Shown: positions 29,401 through 35,395 of the stretch, in pieces
Layout of the letters: every line of letters starts with the position of its first letter
Numbering within the stretch: the stretch's first letter is position 1
Source of the DNA: Candidatus Poseidoniales archaeon
GTDB taxonomy: Archaea > Thermoplasmatota > Poseidoniia > Poseidoniales > Poseidoniaceae
Reading direction: 5' to 3'
Assembly: GCA_003602415.1 (NCBI GenBank)
Contig: QQSK01000011.1
Coordinates: 4,186-68,185, forward strand
Length of the DNA stretch: 64,000 nt
The notes under the pieces: model-generated
What the model saw: the letters and a program-made list of their open reading frames with translations, nothing else
Database searches by the model: none
What the model was told of the DNA's origin: nothing
Program-made: the position numbers and the translations under genes

Positions 29401-32292
29401 ACAAGTTCCTTCTTTGGCTCGATTAAGAACTTCATAGGTAATGTCAGCTTCAGGTGCAGAACCACTTCCGTTGTAATTTCTCTTGAAATCAAAGGTTGTA
29501 TTTCCATCTCGTAAGAATGTAGCAATAGCATCAGCTTTCGAATATGCATCGGTTGCTCCAGCATTACTGATGACTTCATCTGTAACATTCTTGACAAAGG
29601 ATTCAGGCAGTGAATTATTGGTGAAGAAATCTGGAACTAGAGTTTCATAACTTGAATTTGTGCCAGCAATAGTATTTGCAGACAATGTACTCCAATCAAA
29701 CCAATACTCGTGTTCTTCAACCCAAATAGCATCTAACAATCCCGCAGATATTTCGTAAGAATGAGTATCATTTGTTCTAGTCATTGCCAATGAAGCATCC
29801 GACCAGAATGTGATGTTGAATTGGTAAGCAGACATCGGCACCTTGCCAGACATCATAGGGTTTGCAAATGCAATGTTCCAAGCAACTGTATCATTAGCAT
29901 AATTTGAGGATGCCAAATGAGTATTATTTGTGTAAGGGACATTTATTTCGGATGCTGGATGAGAATTTGTTTCAAGTCCATAAGCCGCACCGGTATAGAA
30001 ATCATATGTGTGTAGTCTCCAAAGATGTTCACGGTTGAGGTCTACTACACCACTTGTGTTGTTTGCCCAGAAGATGATGTCATTTTCTACTACGTCATCT
30101 GAAGGGTCCCAAGGGTCGAATGGTGAGCCTTGACAATTTGTGAACCAGAATTGTTGAGGACACTCGTCTCCATCAAGCATTCCGCCGCCATCGGTATCTG
30201 GGTTGCGCCAGTCAGTACCTGTCTGGTTTTCAACAGCATCAGGTATCTTGTCGCCATCAAAATCATCAGGGAAAATATCGTCAGAAGGATTATTTTCAGG
30301 ATTGGTAGAATCGAAGTACTCTTGCTTGTCGTTGACACCACCAGAATCTGTGTCTGCATTATCTTCTTCTGTAACCCATGCATCTTGACTTCCATTTGTT
30401 ATACCAATCCATGAATTGTCACAACCGGTAGTCGTCTCGAAATAATTGTTCAATCCATCACCATCGTCATCAAGTGTATTATCACAAGGTTGTAATGGGT
30501 CTGTTCCTGCAAGGACTTCATCGAAATCGTTTACTCCGTCACCATCTGAATCAAACAAAGTAGGATTGGAAAAGTAGCCAAATACTCCCAAGGTTTCTTC
30601 CCAATCCGCTAATCCATCTCCATCAGAATCAGAATAGTCATCATCACAATAATTTGCAAATGAACCGCCTGAGATGTCATGACACCATGAGTTGTTCCAA
30701 CTTTCGACGGAGGACGCACCAGCCGGAGGAGAAACGAAAACTCCTTGCAATACATTGTTTACTTCAGCACCATAATTGAACTGAGTATACGTTCCCGAAC
30801 TATTGTAAAATCCAATTCCTCCAGCAGGACTGAAACCTGAACCATCAGTAACAGTAAGTTGACTAGAACCAGAATTATAGGCACCTGGACCGATTGAAGT
30901 TGCGAAGTTGATTAGAGAATCACATGGGTCTGTACCATGAGTGACATTGGATTCATCACCATCATTGACACCACCAAAGTCAGTATCTGCAACATTCCAA
31001 AGCGTACAAGATAAGTTTTCTTGCCAGTTTTCTAAACCATCGTTATCGAAGTCTCCCGAATCTTCTCTTCGAGTTGGGTCGGTTTCGTTTGCATCGACTA
31101 AACCATTTCCGTTCTTGTCCTCATCGCCATCATCGAAAGCATCACCATCGGTATTGTTGTTACGAGGGTCGCTAGCTTGTGGAGGAGAACCATATTGTCC
31201 GTTGATTTCCACACCATCGTTGATTCCATCGGCATCTGTGTCTGAATTAGTAGGATCTGTTAGTAAGGTAAGTGCTTCATGAGAATCATTCAATCCATCA
31301 TTATCAGTATCTGAGTCTCGAGGATTGGTTGAAGTTATTCCATCTGTTTCTGCGGTTAGAGTAGCACAACCACCAGGGCCAATTCCTAAGTGAGGAGAAC
31401 AAGGAGTTGTAGTTTCTGTGAATGAGCCTGAAGGACCAGGTCTGTAACAAGGCTGACCACCACAAGTGGTAGTCCATGAAGGATTGATGTACTCGTAGAT
31501 GTTGATTAATCCGTCACCATCTGGGTCTCCGTTTGCTCCATCTGCATTTGAAGCAGATGTTGCATTCAAGCCATTGGATGCTTCCCATCCGTCCGGCATT
31601 CCATCGCCATCTGTGTCCCAACCCATTGGGTCTTCATCAGCGATTCCGTCACCATCATCATCATCAGTAGCACAGTCAGCATCGCCATCAAAGTCGTTAT
31701 CGTTGGAATCAACCATTCCGTCTTTGTCATTATCAAAACCATCTGTACAGATATTTCCAACCGGGTCTTCATCACACAGGATTACGCTGCCTGTACCATC
31801 TGAACCAGCATCACCACATGCAAGTTGGTTGTATTGCATTGCGTTTTCTTCATCCCAGTCATTGACAGGAACCGTTCCATTCCACCAAACACCGTTATCC
31901 AAAACAGATGTTGTAGAAGACAGGTCCCAATTTGAAGGCTGGCCGTAGTTATATTCTTGTAAATTTGAGAATCCATCACCATCAGGGTCACCAATTGCAC
32001 CATCAGAATTAGTTGCTGAGAGTGGGTCTAATCCGTATTGCCATTCCCATCCATCAGGAAGTTGGTCGTTATCGGAGTCCCAATCATTAGGTTGGGTGTT
32101 TATCAGATACTCCAAACCGTATGTCAGACCGTCTCCATCTTGGTCTGTTGCAGCAAGCGCTGTGAACGATACGAATTCAATAGAAGCGATGGTTGAGAGC
32201 AACATTAGGAGTGCAAGACCCATGGACTTGAACTTCTTTTGATCTAGCTCTCTGAGCAATTTTGGACGAGCTGACGAGTGGATGGAGGACAT
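23401..32292 (-). CDS. giant surface protein: TSP3-repeat region + transglutaminase-like core + about 1900 aa of Ig-like repeats + TM + cytoplasmic tail
   Basis: Uninterrupted reading frame. Signal/anchor KKFKSMGLALLMLLSTIASIEF. Many DxDxDG..D..E repeats. Core EGTCSEFTTVFVTMARLAGLPARFVTGY (Cys codon at 29401-29403). C-terminal TM WFYVFIALLLAGVTTFVVLRRR. The ATG at 32292 is preferred because the track start 32373 is TTG. Confidence 0.9.
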   Translation of the reverse strand: MSSIHSSARPKLLRELDQKKFKSMGLALLMLLSTIASIEFVSFTALAATDQDGDGLTYGLEYLINTQPNDWDSDNDQLPDGWEWQYGLDPLSATNSDGAIGDPDGDGFSNLQEYNYGQPSNWDLSSTTSVLDNGVWWNGTVPVNDWDEENAMQYNQLACGDAGSDGTGSVILCDEDPVGNICTDGFDNDKDGMVDSNDNDFDGDADCATDDDDGDGIADEDPMGWDTDGDGMPDGWEASNGLNATSASNADGANGDPDGDGLINIYEYINPSWTTTCGGQPCYRPGPSGSFTETTTPCSPHLGIGPGGCATLTAETDGITSTNPRDSDTDNDGLNDSHEALTLLTDPTNSDTDADGINDGVEINGQYGSPPQASDPRNNNTDGDAFDDGDEDKNGNGLVDANETDPTRREDSGDFDNDGLENWQENLSCTLWNVADTDFGGVNDGDESNVTHGTDPCDSLINFATSIGPGAYNSGSSQLTVTDGSGFSPAGGIGFYNSSGTYTQFNYGAEVNNVLQGVFVSPPAGASSVESWNNSWCHDISGGSFANYCDDDYSDSDGDGLADWEETLGVFGYFSNPTLFDSDGDGVNDFDEVLAGTDPLQPCDNTLDDDGDGLNNYFETTTGCDNSWIGITNGSQDAWVTEEDNADTDSGGVNDKQEYFDSTNPENNPSDDIFPDDFDGDKIPDAVENQTGTDWRNPDTDGGGMLDGDECPQQFWFTNCQGSPFDPWDPSDDVVENDIIFWANNTSGVVDLNREHLWRLHTYDFYTGAAYGLETNSHPASEINVPYTNNTHLASSNYANDTVAWNIAFANPMMSGKVPMSAYQFNITFWSDASLAMTRTNDTHSYEISAGLLDAIWVEEHEYWFDWSTLSANTIAGTNSSYETLVPDFFTNNSLPESFVKNVTDEVISNAGATDAYSKADAIATFLRDGNTTFDFKRNYNGSGSAPEADITYEVLNRAKEGTCSEFTTVFVTMARLAGLPARFVTGYKGGSWTGNGYAVYGGNIAQWGEVRLETTAGSGGDDLGWIPFDACPTPEEIEVVNLTWSPTTYDRDNQVEVTVSGTLQYVENSTAIPDITLRGFVVSVDDVGNVPGPAGSIDNLFGTITTDANGNFSINGSMQSPAAPGYASIVLEHIQNGYVSHDGLDLGVFINMTDDSVINHSQPAAIDQPVLGAGATTILSGQLLFENNETGGADELGNLEIWLDFVSSVNGATNLTGSVGPDGVWEINVTLDELETKTNISATLGFSGWQDTSQSVGGPQFHLRPSTHSITMDIRDAPNLTAVIEGPGANNSILQIDELVYINGSANSFGATPVALSGNLSFGMRELNGGGTFIELFNQSVNGSFAISHVLTMNDTTVKAGQIELQLIFYPDDLEATDSVNTSGTPWWLQGLLFFELQANPQIRGNDVGIIVQVTDHLGGQFDLNLSGTFTFDFDGTTVNTTSDPDSSTISPTFATNANLFAGDYTFDMSFGGNEYFQSTTNTSSLRIMGTVDLTVTVIDDWTYLRNTTWIVGDITDSVHGTAVLGNDSVIMIQMITPEGIVDLANGVLNNTTGTYNISITAPDILPSSVYDIEVITDFDSLAPVGGAYFIWVDTATPPSPPQIPSTTWGIESEVVLTTPPGSDVIAVMNSSVDLTVRVGDVTDNSNVSGSQVNYILDYGGANISIGSATSAADGNATLTWLVSGVDPGQYVLRMEVLDDVTSPKIAGATRHYGNFTDINVTVQVPSNIRIDSIPSTITAGVNFQVIGQVEDGDNASRNLTTAVALEMFWLDNPDEKLVNGVYTSINGSFNLSVPTDVLNNGTQRGPRDLIISVVEDSSPFYLTDSSNHSILVQGVTLFENVQPLNPIIVNRGSDVNITLQMVESSNMFQPLGGYVIDVQFDETWLPSNTTDAQGRTDFVYNVPFDQPLGLITISMYYNGTFDLLSTQRNLSTVTIRSTTVMVVDPIVANPVAGDSFTITGTIESDNGSALQLRNGNQLTANVLFTIDGNATGFTLTNGQIQANGSWTANIALSSGFGAGTHIAEAQYIPSVNYYSGSSANQSFDSRGYTTLTFVSPSLDGVNQPSLNDRTDRGDDVNARLQLFDNTGAAVVGAQVTVSLNGTSVTTIGTTDSMGVVDVNLTVPADVQVGFHDLDAEFTGIPGTTGLVGDTASVTFVVLGQTVVNITESSSAITAGDVLYVNGTLLDDLGLPLQIDGNNSIAVVYLLVDGVPVSSVQSNSADGMFMFAWNSPESINAGQHNIIVSFAGGRDWVDPVGDGDSANPDFYHPSSDSVNFTVAVPTKILLITQGGQVDREDTLTVQGRLLDIVDNPLEGESIEIWLGGVFLTNVTTTADGSFTAIHPVPADAELGPVLLETRFTGSVGYLPSTNNGTWNIFSKIFVQVNIESPLAVEQLTTVDGFVGDNQLNPLANMFVLVTVEGVSIGNATTDANGNFSFNWQVPNIFADGNHTVIADVPAQGWYRSGQGNTTFFLAHRTGMTVSISDNDATRDDFWEITGTLYDIDTALNDGLAGETISIYIGGSLVDTVVTSINGEFSTSIRAESSYARGNHIMTFDFEGSPGHLPVASNQTITVWADVTVHIDSANTYVVRGDGVEHRIQITGRVTEIGGQGVLIDDAALILGNGINCDSSGTEARCINIESVIWNGGTYTIVATAPSWIEPGQMQLNIQTPQNSSLYLREGNSWTDSISVRIDLETPFDVDIEPIVENEQEVVKGDIELVAKDTGDGVEGIAISVYLENESGTRLDEVVIVTDSSGTASFEFNAEPPYGDASEYGELTLKMSITSNFVISDNSMTEFNTQFNSGITPDYSYEGEETSIFESVWFYVFIALLLAGVTTFVVLRRRAEDAAKEIADIFSYTAELLAAGDSMREAIFQCYESLVHLLMGRGFLRRDFETVREFEMAIRAALPNLSEESLSALDSVFEEARYSRHEMGQVHKTSAQEALTRVANEIGQIGDIPNR
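30090..32150 (-). repeat. coding array of thrombospondin type-3-like calcium-binding repeats
   Basis: Recurrent DQDGDGL, DSDNDQLPDGWE, DPDGDGFSNLQE, DTDGDGMPDGWE, DSDTDNDGLNDSHE, DSDGDGVNDFDE and similar units across about 690 codons. Confidence 0.8.
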
Positions 32293-32376
32293 ACGCACGG
32301 CTAACACCAAGACTTCGGTATCACCAAAGGCACTTAATGGAAATGGTACATTGTTCATACACAATTTTGCCAAAAC

Positions 32377-32393
32377 TCTCCCCTACGGGGAGA
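32377..32393 (-). terminator. hairpin plus U-tract after the 966-aa (ATG 35315) gene
   Basis: TCTCCCC TAC GGGGAGA, a 7-bp stem with loop GUA on the minus strand. It lies 22 nt after the stop at 32415 and is followed on the minus strand by GUUUUGG. Confidence 0.35.
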
Positions 32394-32414
32394 AAATTAA
32401 CGATTTTAGAGGTA

Positions 32415-35315
32415 TCAAAGATCTTCTAAATCTTCTAACAACTCTAAATCATCTTCGAATTCTTCTTCTTCTGAAACTGCATCAGGAATGTCTGCTAAAT
32501 CATCAGAAATTGTCTTCATTTCCAACTCTTCTTCTTCCCACATTGAAACTTCTCTAGCAGAAGTCTGCCCTCTTCTGTAGACTGCCAAGAATACCACAAG
32601 AAGGATACCCACATACAGACCAATTGTCTGCGGATTTTCAAAGTCGGTAGCAGCGTTTACAATACATTCGATTCCTTCACATGATGTTGTGAATTGGAAT
32701 TGGGGTGTTTGCTTAAGTTGATTAGTACTTACTTCATCATCCAAAGGCTCAACTGAAAGAACTACAATCGCTTCTTTACCAGCCACAATATCTTCAGATG
32801 CAGTCAGAATCATAGTGAATTCTTGGGTGCTAAATGGCTCAATTTCTAGAAGTATAGTATTTCCTTCCTGAGTAGAACCACTCTTTGAGAATGTAGCACT
32901 CCATCCAGACGGTAATGTTTGAGCTGAAATTATCACATCTAGCACAACATTGTTCGAATTCTCAACACTGAACTCATAATCTTGCTGAGCACCAGGCAAA
33001 AATGGAGTTAACTCGGTTATTCTTTCAACGAAAATCCTTCCTGGCTTTACTTCTTCTTCAACCTCTATGTGGAGTGGTAAATCGAAGTATCTTGGATCAC
33101 CCTCTGAAACTTCTTCTGTCACACGTAGGTACAGTGTGTGATTACCTGCTAGAACTTGGTCACGCATGTCTATTGTGACAGTAATGTCTGCAAATGTGTC
33201 TGGGCTTAGTTGGATAGCGACCAACTCTTCACCATTATCGCCCTTTATTGTATAGTCCCATGTACCGTAAGAAGGATCTCCAGTGTCTTCATTGGTGTTC
33301 TTGTCCAATTTATCAGGTGAGATAATTCTCCAAGTGTTTTCTACACCCTCATCTGTGCTATCGGTGATTCTGACATCGAAACTGACCGTAGAACCTGGTT
33401 CTACTGGTCCAACACTTCCAATTTCTTGGCCATCAGAATCCGACTTTACTTCAGCAAGAATTCCAAAGGTTCTGTGTACTGTAAAAGACACCATAGAACT
33501 CATTTCATCATCTCCAGCACTGAAACAAATAATGGTGAACATACCAATGTCTACATCATCTCTGTTAGTAGGAGGATAGATTTTCAGAATCAAGGACATA
33601 GTTTCATGAGAAGGAATGTCTGGAGTAATTGCATAAGGCCCTTCAGTAGTTAACTCAGAACCGGTATCGTTGTCAAAGAATGTGTAGGTCCAAGACGAAC
33701 TAGGCGTCTCATCAACCTTCAACCGGTAGGTATCTGTATCGAAACCTGCATTGAACAAATCTAGGTAGAATGGTTCTCCTGGAATGGCCATATCTGAATC
33801 GATATAGTGTGATAGAGTTTCATCAAAGGCTTCAGGTCGATTAGAATCTGCGATTTGGATTTGGTGTTCCTCATCTTCGTATACATTCATCCTCGGTGGA
33901 GCGAAAACACCCACCTCTTCAACATCCAGTACAATCTTTTCGATTACTGCCTCTTCTCTAATGTTGTCTTCATTTTCGACAAAGCCACGTGCCCAAACCT
34001 CAATTCTATCAGGTGCTGTTGACAAATCACCATCAGGAGCTTCTATGGATAATGTTGCAATCTTGAATGAACCTCCTCCTGCTAATGAATAGCCTGCAGG
34101 TTGATCCCACAATGGGTCACCCCAAGAACTCGGAAGTGAAGTAAACAACTCAAATTCAACATCCATTTGAATTCCTGCTGAACCTGTGTGCTCCACCATA
34201 AATTCAACACTGCTGAGTTGGCCAGGAGCAATCAAAACACTATCCGCTTGTTCGACTGGTAAGGAAAGATACATCCCATATTCCATGAAATCGATACCAA
34301 CGTGACGGTACACCACTACGTGGCCTTGAACATCTGTAACCTCTAGTGACAGATTGTAATGGCCTGCAGCAATTCCTGCAGCATATGTCCAGGTGTAATT
34401 GCCAACCAATCCATTGTTATCCAATCTCAAATCATCGTCTTCGAATTCTTTATCGAATACCGTGTTAGTGCCTGATGGAGTAGTCAAAACCAAGTTGACT
34501 GAATTGATGTCATCTCTTCCAAATGCATCTCTAACATCAACTGAAAACTGAATTGTTCTGAACTCTGGCCTGTGGTTTGGAGACCATTCTAGTTGTTCTG
34601 CATCGGTCCAAATTCCACCAGATGCGTGAACTTTGACACTAGAATCTGCAAGTGCATTTGCCTTCACAGATAATCTGGAAAAACTGTTGGTGTTATCTAA
34701 ATCACCATATTGAATTTCAACATCGCAATCTCCACCTTGACCAATCCCTCCTTGGCCTTCACAAGACGCTGAACCATCGATTTGGAGCCTTAATTGTGAA
34801 CCCTTTTCTACAAGGAAGCCATCTTCTGGAACGTCAAATGCAATTTCGTTAATTGTCCAAACACAACCTGAACTTCCAGGTATAACACTGTCCTGACATG
34901 GCGATGTGAGTTGATCGGTAACAGTATATGTCGGACCTCCAACAGAATTTAGCGTGTATGTTAAATCAGCAGTAGACCCTTCCTGTCCTTTGAATTGTAG
35001 ATAGACAAATAGTTTGACTTCTGATGCACTTCCTTCACCGTACAAAGTCAAATCACCAATCAGATCATCTGAACGGAATTCAACTCCTGAAAGGATGCTT
35101 GCTATCTTGTTTGAACCTTCTGGTTCGATGGTAGTGATAGCACCATCACCACCTGAAACTCCTTCTTCATCCAGGTACAAATTGTAATTTTGTAAATTGG
35201 CAGGAACTTGCATACTAACTGGTTCTTCGTCCAAAGTTTCGAACTCGACGGCAGGAAGACCTGAAGATAGCATCAACAGCAGCACGAGGACAGGAACAAA
35301 TCGTGATTTTAGCAT
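32415..35315 (-). CDS. large acidic surface protein, C-terminal TM anchor and acidic cytoplasmic tail
   Basis: Signal peptide MLKSRFVPVLVLLLMLSSGLPA (ATG at 35315; the track start is TTG). About 880 aa beta-rich ectodomain. TM helix IGLYVGILLVVFLAVYRR, then an EEEELE..DLELLEDLEDL tail. No family recognised. Confidence 0.8.
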   Translation of the reverse strand: MLKSRFVPVLVLLLMLSSGLPAVEFETLDEEPVSMQVPANLQNYNLYLDEEGVSGGDGAITTIEPEGSNKIASILSGVEFRSDDLIGDLTLYGEGSASEVKLFVYLQFKGQEGSTADLTYTLNSVGGPTYTVTDQLTSPCQDSVIPGSSGCVWTINEIAFDVPEDGFLVEKGSQLRLQIDGSASCEGQGGIGQGGDCDVEIQYGDLDNTNSFSRLSVKANALADSSVKVHASGGIWTDAEQLEWSPNHRPEFRTIQFSVDVRDAFGRDDINSVNLVLTTPSGTNTVFDKEFEDDDLRLDNNGLVGNYTWTYAAGIAAGHYNLSLEVTDVQGHVVVYRHVGIDFMEYGMYLSLPVEQADSVLIAPGQLSSVEFMVEHTGSAGIQMDVEFELFTSLPSSWGDPLWDQPAGYSLAGGGSFKIATLSIEAPDGDLSTAPDRIEVWARGFVENEDNIREEAVIEKIVLDVEEVGVFAPPRMNVYEDEEHQIQIADSNRPEAFDETLSHYIDSDMAIPGEPFYLDLFNAGFDTDTYRLKVDETPSSSWTYTFFDNDTGSELTTEGPYAITPDIPSHETMSLILKIYPPTNRDDVDIGMFTIICFSAGDDEMSSMVSFTVHRTFGILAEVKSDSDGQEIGSVGPVEPGSTVSFDVRITDSTDEGVENTWRIISPDKLDKNTNEDTGDPSYGTWDYTIKGDNGEELVAIQLSPDTFADITVTIDMRDQVLAGNHTLYLRVTEEVSEGDPRYFDLPLHIEVEEEVKPGRIFVERITELTPFLPGAQQDYEFSVENSNNVVLDVIISAQTLPSGWSATFSKSGSTQEGNTILLEIEPFSTQEFTMILTASEDIVAGKEAIVVLSVEPLDDEVSTNQLKQTPQFQFTTSCEGIECIVNAATDFENPQTIGLYVGILLVVFLAVYRRGQTSAREVSMWEEEELEMKTISDDLADIPDAVSEEEEFEDDLELLEDLEDL

Positions 35316-35380
35316 GCGCACCAATATACCGTCTGCGCTGGGGTGTTAAACCGTTTTGCACAGATTGCTTACCAAAGGAG

Positions 35381-35395
35381 TCACCCTACGGGTGA
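35381..35395 (-). terminator. hairpin overlapping the stop codon of the 807-aa gene
   Basis: TCACCC TAC GGGTGA, a 6-bp stem with the same GUA loop as 32377-32393. It is followed on the minus strand by CUCCUUUGG. Confidence 0.3.

Noticed and set aside
30090-32150. Periodic nucleotide repeats considered as a possible CRISPR or satellite array
   Set aside because: The periodicity is the coding TSP3 DxDxDG repeat inside an open frame. Units are degenerate at the DNA level, and there is no spacer/repeat alternation or cas genes.
23401-32373. Track start (TTG at 32373) and about 30 internal antisense or out-of-frame ORFs (e.g. 31499-31948, 25826-26167, 26164-26517, 30941-31282)
   Set aside because: The TTG start would put the hairpin/U-tract element almost at the start codon and adds a non-signal-like N-terminus; ATG 32292 gives a normal signal/anchor. 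The internal ORFs are shadow frames of a repeat-rich gene, being Ser/Pro-rich mirrors of Asp/Gly repeats.
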